Shown here in pieces: positions 8,858 to 18,220 of a DNA stretch of 32,000 bases (its first letter is position 1; every line of letters starts with the position of its first letter). The position numbers were made by a program, and so were the translations under genes. This DNA is from an uncultured Cytophagia bacterium. GTDB lineage: Bacteria > Zhuqueibacterota > Zhuqueibacteria > Residuimicrobiales > Oceaniaggregativiventaceae. The stretch is taken from positions 1,389 to 33,388 of the forward strand of contig CAYPUH010000012.1 in assembly GCA_964413725.1 (NCBI GenBank). Reading direction: 5' to 3'. Under the pieces are notes generated by a model. The model searched no databases. It saw nothing but the letters and a program-made list of their open reading frames with translations, and was not told the origin of the DNA.

Positions 8858-11800
8858 ATGTTCAGAAAACCCATCACCTGGATTGTCTTTGTCCTTCTTG
8901 CTGCGTTGAGTACGTTTGTCGCCGTGATCTTTTTTCCTCAGGCGTTTCCGATTGTCAGCATGGATTTGCAGATGGACCGGGAAGCGGCCCTGCAAAAAGC
9001 GGATGAACTGGCGGGTCGCTATCAGTGGGGCCCGGAGGAGTACGATCAGGCCGCGTCTTTTTCAGGGGACCAGCAGGTCCAGTATTATGTGGAGTTGGAG
9101 GCGGGCGGCAACGAGGCGTTGAGAGAGATGATGCAAAGCGGACTCTATCATCCGTATATCTGGACAGTTCGTCACTACCGTTCGGGAGAATCTCTCGAGA
9201 CACTTGTCATGTTCAAACCCAATGGGGATCCCTATGGCTTTTCATCCCGGCTCCCTGAGGATGATCCGGGAGCCTCCATTCCGGCGGATTCCGCCCGCAC
9301 CATCGCCGAGGACCTGGCGCGATCTGAATGGCAGGTCGACTTTTCGCCGTATCAGTTGGTCGAGAGCTCGGAAGATGTGCGTCTCGGCGGTCGGACGGAT
9401 CATACCTTTGTCTATGAACGCACCGATGAGCAGATAGGCCAGGCCTTTTATCGATTGCAGCTCACCGTGGCTGGGGATCAGCTGACGGGATTGCAGCGGC
9501 TGGTCAAGGTGCCGGACGCCTTTGACCGACGCTATGAAGAGATGCGGTCTCGCAATGAGATGCTGTCGATGTTCGGCATGGGCATTATCGTTCTGCTCTA
9601 TGGGGTGGTGGGGATTCTCATCGGTTTGTTTTATCTGTTGAAACAGCGGTATCTTTTGTGGCGAAAACCTCTGATCTGGGCAGCGTTTATCGCTTTGCTG
9701 CAAGTGTTCATGCTCGTCAATCGCTGGCCACTCATGTGGATGAATTATGATACGGCATTATCGCCCACCAACTTTTATCTGCAACGGTTCCTGTTGTTTA
9801 TCGGTGTGTTCATCGGCGAAACTCTGCTTCTGGCCGTGACGTTTATGGTGGCAGAGAGTCTATCCCGCAAGGCGTTTCCCCACCACGCCCAGTTCTGGAA
9901 ACTGTGGCGCAAGGAACCGGCCTCGACTCCACATGTCTGGGGACTGACTCTGGGAGGATATCTGTGGGTGCCCTTGACGTTTGCCTATGTCATCGGTTTT
10001 TACTGGGTTGCCAGTCGGGTTTTGGGGTGGTGGTCTCCCTCGGACGTGTTGTTTCAACCGGACCTCCTGGCCACCTATTTCCCCTGGCTCTCTTCCATTG
10101 CCATTTCATTGCATGCCGGATTTTGGGAAGAGACGCTGTTCAGAGCCATCCCTCTCGCCGGTGCGGTTCTGTTGGGCCGCCGGTTTGGAAAAACAGGCGT
10201 GTGGCTGGTTGGCGCCCTGATTCTGCAGGCACTGGTCTTTGGTGCCGGTCATGCCAATTATCCGCAACAACCGGCATATGCACGTATCGCCGAGTTGTTT
10301 GTACCGTTTCTGTTTTACGGGGTCATCTATCTGGTTTTTGGACTCTTGCCGGTGATTATCGCTCATTTTACCGTCGATGTGGTCTGGATTGCCTTGCCTT
10401 TGTTCGTCTCTACTGCCGACGGCATATGGGTGGACCGTGCCCTGGTGATCGTTCTTACCCTGGTACCCCTTTGGGTGATTCTCGTCTCCCGTTTGCGCAC
10501 CGGGAAATGGCTGTCGATTAAACCCTTTCTCAATCGAACATGGTCTCCACCCCTTCCAAAGACAATCGACGAATCAATGGATCAACCGGTCTCCACCTCC
10601 ATTTCCACCGGGTGCAGGAGAGCTCTTTGGGGAGTGGGACTCGCCGGAATTGTACTGTGGCTGGTATTCACATCATTTGATCAACAGACCATCCCCTTGC
10701 ATTTGCGCAAAACCGAGGCAATCGACTATGCCCAAACCGAGCTGACTCGGAGGGGTATTGAACTCCCCGAATCTTATCGCACGCTTACCCGGGTCAGTCA
10801 GCCTCTGGGAACCGATGACCGTTTTGTGTGGCAAACCGGAGGAATTCCGGCCTATGACTCGTTGATGGATGACTATCTCTCTCCGCCGAGATGGTTGGTG
10901 CGATATGCGACCTTTGAAGGAGATGTGGAGGAACGAGCGGAGGAATACCTCTTTTTCCTGGGAAATGAAGGCGAGTTGTTTCGTTATACACACAAACTGC
11001 CCGAATCACAGGTCGGTGCCCGATTGGTGGAAGATGACGCCAGAGACCTTGCCATTCAGCATATCAAGACCCGCTACAATCTGAATGCCGACACCCTGAT
11101 GGAAGTATCGGCTGAACCGTCAAAATTACCGGAGCGCACGGACTGGACATTCGCCTTTGCCGACACCAGTCGTTATCCCTTGTCAACCGGACAGGCCCGT
11201 ATCTGGGTGCGAATCGGAGGGGATCAGATCACCGACACCTATACCGAAATCTATGTTCCAGAGGAATGGACACGTGAGGAGCGCAATCGAACCCATGTTC
11301 TGGATATACTCAACACCACAGCCGGTGGATTGTTGCTGGGTGTTGTGTGTGCCGGTTTCATCTCAGGCATCATTTTCTGGAGCCGCAAAAGATTTTCAGT
11401 CAGGCTCTTTTTGAGTGTGGCCGGTGTGGTGCTGCTGGTGCGAATCGTCCTGTCGGCCAATTCCTGGCCCTCCATTGTCGCCCGGTTTGCCACGGCTCAA
11501 CCCTGGGATATTCAAACTCTGATTGTGCTCATCAGCATTGCCATCGGTGCTGTGGTGGCGTCCCTGGCTCTGGGAATCGTGATCGGATTTCTCCGTACCT
11601 GGATTCCCCACCAAGGTTTACAAAAACAGGGTGTGGTATTGGCGGTTTTGGCTGCCCTGGGGACACAGGGGTTCGCATCTGTTGTCCTGCACGCGAGTCC
11701 GTCTCTGGAGCCATACTGGTCTGACTATACGGTATTGGGGAATATGGCACCATTTATCTCCCTGACCCTGGGATCCGTCATGCATTTTCTGATGATGGCG

Positions 11801-12181
11801 GCTTTTTTCCTGCTTACGTTTCGATATATCAGTGCCCTCACGCATTTTGGCGGGAAACGACTCATCCTGCTGGTCCTGTTGAGTCTTGTTGCCGGATTTA
11901 TCATTGCCGGCGAGTATAACGTTCCCACGGTTTGGGCGTTTTTACTGGCCACAGTGGTACTGGGGGGACTGTTGTTGTTTCTCTATCTCTGTCTGTTCCG
12001 GCATCAGTTGAATCTGGTCTGGATCTTTACCGCCACGTTTGTTGTTCTGGAAAAACTGGCACAGGCTGTAGCATTCACACAGCCCTTTTTCTGGCTGGGA
12101 ATCGGCAGTTCTGTTGTGGTTGTGGCTGTGCTGGGTATTTTGTTTTTTCTGATGTTTTCTCGACCTCAAACGGATGCTTGA
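8858..12181 (+). CDS. Large polytopic membrane protein with a CPBP (CAAX/Abi-type) intramembrane protease core
   Basis: 1107 aa. ATG at 8858. The CPBP motifs occur in order: FWEETLFRAIPL (EExxxR), FGAGHANYP (FxxxH) and IAHFTVDVVW (HxxxD/N). Two homologous ~200-aa soluble modules are each followed by a multi-TM block. Confidence 0.85.
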   Translation: MFRKPITWIVFVLLAALSTFVAVIFFPQAFPIVSMDLQMDREAALQKADELAGRYQWGPEEYDQAASFSGDQQVQYYVELEAGGNEALREMMQSGLYHPYIWTVRHYRSGESLETLVMFKPNGDPYGFSSRLPEDDPGASIPADSARTIAEDLARSEWQVDFSPYQLVESSEDVRLGGRTDHTFVYERTDEQIGQAFYRLQLTVAGDQLTGLQRLVKVPDAFDRRYEEMRSRNEMLSMFGMGIIVLLYGVVGILIGLFYLLKQRYLLWRKPLIWAAFIALLQVFMLVNRWPLMWMNYDTALSPTNFYLQRFLLFIGVFIGETLLLAVTFMVAESLSRKAFPHHAQFWKLWRKEPASTPHVWGLTLGGYLWVPLTFAYVIGFYWVASRVLGWWSPSDVLFQPDLLATYFPWLSSIAISLHAGFWEETLFRAIPLAGAVLLGRRFGKTGVWLVGALILQALVFGAGHANYPQQPAYARIAELFVPFLFYGVIYLVFGLLPVIIAHFTVDVVWIALPLFVSTADGIWVDRALVIVLTLVPLWVILVSRLRTGKWLSIKPFLNRTWSPPLPKTIDESMDQPVSTSISTGCRRALWGVGLAGIVLWLVFTSFDQQTIPLHLRKTEAIDYAQTELTRRGIELPESYRTLTRVSQPLGTDDRFVWQTGGIPAYDSLMDDYLSPPRWLVRYATFEGDVEERAEEYLFFLGNEGELFRYTHKLPESQVGARLVEDDARDLAIQHIKTRYNLNADTLMEVSAEPSKLPERTDWTFAFADTSRYPLSTGQARIWVRIGGDQITDTYTEIYVPEEWTREERNRTHVLDILNTTAGGLLLGVVCAGFISGIIFWSRKRFSVRLFLSVAGVVLLVRIVLSANSWPSIVARFATAQPWDIQTLIVLISIAIGAVVASLALGIVIGFLRTWIPHQGLQKQGVVLAVLAALGTQGFASVVLHASPSLEPYWSDYTVLGNMAPFISLTLGSVMHFLMMAAFFLLTFRYISALTHFGGKRLILLVLLSLVAGFIIAGEYNVPTVWAFLLATVVLGGLLLFLYLCLFRHQLNLVWIFTATFVVLEKLAQAVAFTQPFFWLGIGSSVVVVAVLGILFFLMFSRPQTDA

Positions 12182-12532
12182 AGCCTGTGGGGGTGTCATA
12201 AAAAAGTAAAAGTTGAGGCAGGGGATCCAGAGTACCCGGTTTCAATGAAACACGGGCCGGACTTGTGTCGGCGGGTCTTTAAAGGGCCTCGGCAATTTCT
12301 GCTATTTTTTTTTGTCAAAAGGTTCATCTCTAATCGAGTGGACTCGTCGGCCAGCTTTTCCGGATGGATTGCCAGCACGGTTTTTTCGGGACCGGTGGGG
12401 ATCACGCGGATTGGCAGGATGGAATGGGCCTGTCAGTGCGGCAGCTGCCATCGCATCCGCAGATGAGAGTGCCGGACGAGGGTGGCAAGAGTGTAGCGGA
12501 TGTGTGTCTCACCCTCACGTTTCTGTTGATGA

Positions 12533-13843
12533 CTATCGTAATCCGGGCATCTGGTTCCTGTCCCCATCCGGCCGGGCCGATGCCGTTATGGGGGGCAGAT
12601 TGGCCAGCTCTTCGGCATGATCGGTGACCTTTTTGAATGCCGTCACATATTGATCGATCAATTCTCTCGAGGCCTGGGGAAAGGTGGGCAGGGAGAGAAG
12701 TTGCTCGTGCAGGGCTTCGGTCGCCGGCAGGTGTCTGTCCGGGGGTACGATGGGTCCTTGTACGCTCCAGGGGAATCCTCTCTTTGCCGGGTCTGTTGCC
12801 GTAAAGACCGGTTGCCTGTGCAACAGTGCATACCGCTCGGGCCCCACCTCTGCGCCTTCCGCCTGCAAAGCCGCCATAAAGGTGTTCTTGTTCAGGTGAT
12901 TCATCTCGTCTGGATGGTATTTGATCCGATAACAATAATAGTTGCGCCGGATGTCGGGCGGAGTTTTTATCGTAGATATGCCGGGTATCCGATCCAGTTC
13001 CTGGTTCAGATATTCGAGATTCTCTTCCCGCCTTCGGTTTTGATCCTCCACAGCATGAAACTGGACCCGCAGCATGGCGGCGGAAAGAGGGTGGATGCGG
13101 TATTTATATCCGAATCCCGTGTGCCGGTATTGTTTGTATGTCGAGGTGTCCGGCAGGCCGGACAACCGCTCATAGTGTCCCAGGGCCAGGGCCCGTTCAT
13201 ACAGATCTGTGTGGTTGGTGATCAGCATACCGCCTTCGATGCCCGGCAACAACTTTGTGGCCTGATAGCTAAAGCAGGCCACATCGCTGAGGTGGCCCGG
13301 CAGGTTTTCCTTGTAGGTGGCGTCGTGAACATGCGCGGCATCTTCGATGATGCGGAGATCGTGTTTGTCGGCAACGGACCGGATCGCGTCCATATCGCAG
13401 GGCAGACCGCAGATATGGACGACCACGATCGCCCGGGTTCGGGAGGTGATGTGGTTCCCGATATCGTTGGGATCGATGTTCAGGGTGTCCGGGTCGGATT
13501 CGGCAAACACCGGTGTGGCATTGCAGCTGAGTATCGGCATCGCCGATGCCCAGTAGGTGAACGAGGGGACGATCACTTCATCTCCGGATCCGATCCCCAG
13601 GGCAAAGAGAGCGGCGTGCAGGGCTGCCGTGCCGTTGACGTGTGCCAGGGCATGGTTGACCCCATAAAATGCTTTGATCTCGTCCTCGAACTGATAGGCT
13701 TCTTTATAAAACGTATAGTCGGGCAGGTCGAGAACCCGCTGGACCGCGTTTTTGCTGTCGCCGGTCAGCTGCGGCCAGCTCAACGCGTCTGTGGGATCAG
13801 CAGTGATGGTGCGAGGTCCCCCTTGTAATGCCAACGTGGCCAT
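12533..13843 (-). CDS. DegT/DnrJ/EryC1/StrS-family PLP aminotransferase (sugar aminotransferase type)
   Basis: The motifs are HVNGTAALHAALFALGIGSGDEVIVPSFTY, RIIEDAAHVHDATY and CFSYQATKLLPGIEGGMLITN (the PLP lysine context). The track start at 13948 lies inside the upstream gene. I chose the ATG at 13841-13843 (MATLALQGGP), with GGAG 6 nt upstream. An ATG at 13853-13855 is also possible. Confidence 0.85.
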   Translation of the reverse strand: MATLALQGGPRTITADPTDALSWPQLTGDSKNAVQRVLDLPDYTFYKEAYQFEDEIKAFYGVNHALAHVNGTAALHAALFALGIGSGDEVIVPSFTYWASAMPILSCNATPVFAESDPDTLNIDPNDIGNHITSRTRAIVVVHICGLPCDMDAIRSVADKHDLRIIEDAAHVHDATYKENLPGHLSDVACFSYQATKLLPGIEGGMLITNHTDLYERALALGHYERLSGLPDTSTYKQYRHTGFGYKYRIHPLSAAMLRVQFHAVEDQNRRREENLEYLNQELDRIPGISTIKTPPDIRRNYYCYRIKYHPDEMNHLNKNTFMAALQAEGAEVGPERYALLHRQPVFTATDPAKRGFPWSVQGPIVPPDRHLPATEALHEQLLSLPTFPQASRELIDQYVTAFKKVTDHAEELANLPPITASARPDGDRNQMPGLR

Positions 13844-13862
13844 GCGTGTCTCCATTTTTGTA

Positions 13863-16529
13863 TTATTTTTGCTGTTTTTTAAATTCCAACCGGTAGAGAT
13901 GATTCCAAGGTAGCTCCAGGTCATCGGGCAGGAGCTCACCAGTGCCATCCAGGGAATAGCCGGCCCCGATCAGGCGGTCGAGGGTGAGTCGGACGGTGCC
14001 GGCAGCGGTGTCGGGATTGGGTGTCTGGATCCACAAGGTCCCCGCCATACCAGAGTCATCGATGTCGAGTTTGATGGACGCCGGGCCAAAAAAGGTTGGC
14101 AGCGACAGGACAGAGAGTCGTGCACCGGCACGTAGCCAGCTTTTCGGCAGGCCTGCCAGCAGATGAAGATCGGTGTCGCGTTCCAGCAGCAGCATGTTAC
14201 GCGTGACGCGCACCATCTGGATATTTCCCACAATGTGCGGGATATCTCCGGTCACACGGGTTCCCTCCCCTTTGGGAGACTGTTCCTCCCCATAGAGAAG
14301 CGTTGGTGTCGCGTGATTGGCAACGGCATAGAGCAATTCCTCCGCCTTGTCGGCGTTGCCTCGCCAGAGGCAGGCTAGGGCGCGATGACCGTCAAAGATG
14401 GGCCATACGCCGTCATCGAGCCAGCCGACGCTGTGCGTCAGTCCCTGGACTGTATGCCGATCCAGCAAATTCAGGGTTCCGTCGATCAGCGATTCTGTGG
14501 GAGAAAAAAGTTGACCCACATAGAGCGCATGTAACATGGCCCACTGCCCACGTTGTGGCACATCGGTTGCCGGATCATAGTCCATCTTTATCGGCAGGAA
14601 CCAGTTTCCGTATTCATCGCGTCGCTTGTCGCGCTCAACGGCACGCCGAAAGGATATGATAAAGTCTTGATATTCGTTCTTCCAGGCCTCGGCTTCGGGT
14701 CGTCGCATCACCTGGGCGGTCTGAACCGCCTCACCCAGCGCGATAAGGCTCCAGATGACGCTTCCATATGAGGTACCGATGCCGGCGATACCGCCGTCGG
14801 TCAGCCCGGCGGGCATAAGTCCATAGTTGAGTGCCGCGGGATCGGCAAGGGTTTGTTGCCGGAGCTCGATGACGTATTGAACCGCGCGTTCCAGTTGGGA
14901 CCAGTGCCTGTCGAGCCAGGCCCAGTCCTGAAACAGGCGGGCATAGCGGCACATGCTATAGATCAGATGGCCGGTTTCCCGATGCAGCAGGGCGGGTTTC
15001 ATCACGCCGGCCCGGCCATCGGGATCTTGATATTCCAGCATAGCCTGTATGGTTTGTCTGGCGGCCTCTTTATCGTCCAGCCAGGTGGCGACATCGAGCC
15101 CCCAGCCGGCATCACCGTACCAGAGTCCGCGATAGAGGGTTGGCCCGGGTTGAAATTGATAATGACCATCCACGTTTTCCCGGACTTGATACAGGGTGCG
15201 GATTCCCCCGTCGATCAGAGCCTGGATGCCCGCGTCCGGAACGGTCAACCGGTCCCAGGGCAGGGAGACGTGTTGCCAGTAGTCTATGGCCCGGTTTTGT
15301 TCATCATCCAGGTCAGGGAACGTGACCGGCCCCTCCGCAACACCATGGGTCACCAGAACATCGACCTGTCTGCAGGTGTCGGCAAAGGACAGCACCCAGT
15401 CGCTTTCCATCCGCTTGGCCTGTGTAAACGCGGGTCGGGTGGTGAGAAAGGGGGCATCATCAAAGAGCAGGGTTGCTGTGGCCGTATCGACGGTCAGGGG
15501 GCGCAGGGTATTGAGCCGCAACTGAAGGGTTCCTTCGGAACCGCTTATCTCGGTACGAAGCATATCCCGGCGCACCAGACCGGCATCGAGGAGCTCCATG
15601 CCGGCATCGATATGCCTTTCCGCGTTGGGTGTCGCGGCACCACTGATGACCTGGTTTTTTGTGACGACCTTTTCTGGCTGAAACAACCAGATGCCACAGA
15701 GGAGTACGTTGGGATCCTGACCGCGTGGCGAGGCGGTCACTTCCACAGATAGCCACCCGTCATCATCTATATCCTGACCCGCAAAAAAGAAGACCTGGGG
15801 AACATCCTGTCCGCCTGCCTCGATCAGGTCGACGGTCTGTTTTTCAGCACCTTCTACCAGCAGATCCATCAGCCGGACGATCTGGCCGTGGCGATAGACC
15901 TCGATAAAGCCGAGGGCCACTTTGCGTCTGGAGCCGGCCGGCACCTGCACATCGTAGCGGATGGATCGTCCCGTTCCCCAGGCCACGCTTTGAAACGCCG
16001 GGTCCCGATCCGGATGCGATTCCACCCAGGCGGGTGAGCCTGTCAGGCCCTCGTAACGCCGAAAAGAACTGTCGGGTGACATCGCTCCGGGCAGCCGTAT
16101 GGTGTCCGGTATCATGGCAAATGCTGACTGGCGCCAGCGGAGATCGTTTTCGCTGTGCTCTGTCAGGATCACCGGAATGCGAGGATCCAGGAGAGTCTGT
16201 GAAGTGCTGGCATCGGTCGCTTCTTTCACCTCCACTGCCACGGTGGTTTTGGGACGGGCATAGGGTCCGGGACCAAAGTCGTACACCAGGCGTCCCTCGT
16301 CATCCACCAGGGATTTCTGCCAGTCGTCTACCAGACAGATGGGCGTGGCCCAGCGGGCGGGTGGATACTCGTGCGTGACGGAATAATCCGCACGGATCGG
16401 ATCAGATCCCAACAACAGTACCCCCACGGTTATTATGATTATGGCCCTGGTGATACCGCTCCTGGAATCCTGAATAGCTGCTGATGGTGTTGTAAAAAAT
16501 GATCTCGCAAATCGTGATATCGGCAACAT
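13863..16529 (-). CDS. Secreted or anchored 888-aa protein, possibly an (alpha/alpha)6 six-hairpin glycosidase-like fold
   Basis: GGAG lies 4 nt upstream of the ATG at 16527-16529. An N-terminal hydrophobic segment (AIIIITVGVLLLGS) is present. The C-terminal half has the motifs GLWYGDAGWGLD, LEYQDPDGRAGV, GLMPAGLTDGGIAG and GWLDDGVWPIFDGH, reminiscent of six-hairpin glycosidases. The functional call is by eye only. Confidence 0.5.
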   Translation of the reverse strand: MLPISRFARSFFTTPSAAIQDSRSGITRAIIIITVGVLLLGSDPIRADYSVTHEYPPARWATPICLVDDWQKSLVDDEGRLVYDFGPGPYARPKTTVAVEVKEATDASTSQTLLDPRIPVILTEHSENDLRWRQSAFAMIPDTIRLPGAMSPDSSFRRYEGLTGSPAWVESHPDRDPAFQSVAWGTGRSIRYDVQVPAGSRRKVALGFIEVYRHGQIVRLMDLLVEGAEKQTVDLIEAGGQDVPQVFFFAGQDIDDDGWLSVEVTASPRGQDPNVLLCGIWLFQPEKVVTKNQVISGAATPNAERHIDAGMELLDAGLVRRDMLRTEISGSEGTLQLRLNTLRPLTVDTATATLLFDDAPFLTTRPAFTQAKRMESDWVLSFADTCRQVDVLVTHGVAEGPVTFPDLDDEQNRAIDYWQHVSLPWDRLTVPDAGIQALIDGGIRTLYQVRENVDGHYQFQPGPTLYRGLWYGDAGWGLDVATWLDDKEAARQTIQAMLEYQDPDGRAGVMKPALLHRETGHLIYSMCRYARLFQDWAWLDRHWSQLERAVQYVIELRQQTLADPAALNYGLMPAGLTDGGIAGIGTSYGSVIWSLIALGEAVQTAQVMRRPEAEAWKNEYQDFIISFRRAVERDKRRDEYGNWFLPIKMDYDPATDVPQRGQWAMLHALYVGQLFSPTESLIDGTLNLLDRHTVQGLTHSVGWLDDGVWPIFDGHRALACLWRGNADKAEELLYAVANHATPTLLYGEEQSPKGEGTRVTGDIPHIVGNIQMVRVTRNMLLLERDTDLHLLAGLPKSWLRAGARLSVLSLPTFFGPASIKLDIDDSGMAGTLWIQTPNPDTAAGTVRLTLDRLIGAGYSLDGTGELLPDDLELPWNHLYRLEFKKQQK

Positions 16530-16999
16530 GATACTCCTTTTTGAGGGTACAATGGAAATGGTTTTTAGAGTATAGTCAAAATATCAAAAAAAACCAAAAA
16601 AAAGAAAATCTATGTAGATCTACCGACATGGAAAGAGGTGACCCGGTCTGGTTTTGGTGTTTATGCGTGGTCTGAGCAGGTTCGATCCGGTTCGCGCTCT
16701 GGACAGAATGATAAATCGGATGAACCGATCGTGTCTTGGCGTTTTATGTAAATGTCGTCTAAATAGTGTGACAGGATTTTGGACGATCATAATATTCCAT
16801 AGATGATAATCCGTGGCGACCGGATTGATTTGTGTCCCACCCCTACTATAGAGAATATCAAGTGTGAGAGTACCTTCTTGATCCCGTTCCAAAGCCGAAA
16901 AAAAAATTATTGTCAGCAGGAATTGAAGCCTGATTTCACGTACGATTCACTCCGGCTGTATTTGCATTTAGAACGTCATGAGAGAAGACGAATGTGGCT

Positions 17000-18064
17000 T
17001 CAGTGCGTACCACCGTCGTTCAGGTCTGTGTGTTGTAACTGATCGAGTGGTTGCATATCGAGTGTCATCATGGTATCGATAACGCTGGCGCTCTGTGCCA
17101 TATGGTCAAAGACCCGAGCGTAATGTGTCCGGTCGCCAAACTCGAGCAGGGAATCCATTTGTCCAGCCAGCGTTTCCAGTCGGGGCAGATCCGGCGGTTT
17201 CCCGGCTTGCCGACAACAGGCAACATAGAGTGATGCCAGGGTATTGAAAAGCATCTTGTCCTGAACGAGAGTGACAGTGATAAAGCGATCGATTTCAGAA
17301 TAGGATGAATCTGATAACATGGCCTGGCAGGCGTCGAGTCGTTGATGATCCTGGATGCCTCCCAGTTCGTCTTGGTCGATGAGCCGGACCGTTCGTGCAT
17401 AGAACCACAGGGCATCGATAAGGTGACGTTGTGCTGCTGCCGTCAGGAGCATCGTAGTTGCGGATTCAGTATGAGCGTTTATCCGGTCGAATTCGACTTT
17501 GAGTGTTTTCAAATGTCGGGATCGTTCCAGCAATGCTCGTGGTATCTGTAGCGTATCTGCATCGGTATCGGTATGGATCTGAATCCCCGCAGGTAAGTCT
17601 TGCCGATGCAGTGAGATCCAGTCATCGGGCCGGGAGTCGGTCGCCAGTGTCATAATGATGGGCACATAGGTCGACGAGACCATCAGGCGTGCGGCTGCCA
17701 CATAGCCGGTGGCCAGAGCTGTAAAAGCCGGATTCCGATCCGGATCCATGCTGTTTATGATATCGAGAACCTGGTTATAGGTGTCGACGACGGCTTCATC
17801 CCGGTGCTGTTGTGAGGTGGTGGTGATGAGCGTTTTCAGGGTCTGATAGCGCGTCCGCATATAGGGCTGAATCCATTCCTTGCGATCATTTTTGGCCTTA
17901 TCCTCTCTGACGTATAGTCCGAGACCGATACTGGCACCGATCACGGCTATTCCCACCACTGCGATAATCCATCGCTCCCGTACGGAAAAATCCTCGCAAA
18001 TTCGTTTCTTGAGCCGCTTCCAGTTCGGAAACGGATCTGAGATGTTGGGATCGTCGGAAGGCAT
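17000..18064 (-). CDS. Hypothetical single-pass membrane protein (354 aa), largely helical; possible fifth gene of the TIR/SLOG/RyR cluster
   Basis: ATG at 18062-18064 with GAGGTGG just upstream. There is one TM segment (WIIAVVGIAVIGASIGLGLYV) after a short basic N-terminus. I recognise no motif. It is co-directional with, and 156 nt downstream of, the RyR membrane protein gene. Confidence 0.6.
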   Translation of the reverse strand: MPSDDPNISDPFPNWKRLKKRICEDFSVRERWIIAVVGIAVIGASIGLGLYVREDKAKNDRKEWIQPYMRTRYQTLKTLITTTSQQHRDEAVVDTYNQVLDIINSMDPDRNPAFTALATGYVAAARLMVSSTYVPIIMTLATDSRPDDWISLHRQDLPAGIQIHTDTDADTLQIPRALLERSRHLKTLKVEFDRINAHTESATTMLLTAAAQRHLIDALWFYARTVRLIDQDELGGIQDHQRLDACQAMLSDSSYSEIDRFITVTLVQDKMLFNTLASLYVACCRQAGKPPDLPRLETLAGQMDSLLEFGDRTHYARVFDHMAQSASVIDTMMTLDMQPLDQLQHTDLNDGGTH

Positions 18065-18220
18065 ACCACCTCGTCTGGTTTTCGGGACGTCCTGTATGGG
18101 TATCCCGTGTGATCGTCAAGACTCTGGATCTACAGAATGAATTTTGAATGGATCTTGGATGAATCGATCGAATCCCGCCGGACAGCGCCAAAAGGCGGTC
18201 GTGTCCCTGGAGGCAAAGTA

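Noticed and set aside
12196-12532. A convergent intergenic region with a 69-aa minus ORF (12196-12405) crossing a T9 homopolymer (12305-12313). A +1 shift there would give a tidy ...LLTKKKIAEIAEAL* ending, so I considered a frameshifted small gene or slippery site.
   Set aside because: I see no recognisable family in any frame. The ORF begins with a weak start and no RBS, and the other frames are equally uninformative. The T-run may simply be part of a terminator region, so this is not supportable as a gene.
12617-13828. 403-aa plus-strand ORF.
   Set aside because: It is fully antisense to the DegT aminotransferase gene, whose motifs are unambiguous. It is R/G/V-rich shadow-ORF sequence.
14853-15752. 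299-aa plus-strand ORF.
   Set aside because: It is antisense to the 888-aa gene, has no motifs and has a G/P/R-rich composition typical of reverse-strand frames in GC-rich genes.
16679-16688. GGTTCGATCC, a tRNA T-loop-like word in the AT-rich spacer. I considered it as a tRNA or tRNA-fragment att site for the island.
   Set aside because: The flanking bases do not form a T-stem (there is no complement to GCAGG). No acceptor or anticodon arms can be drawn on either strand.
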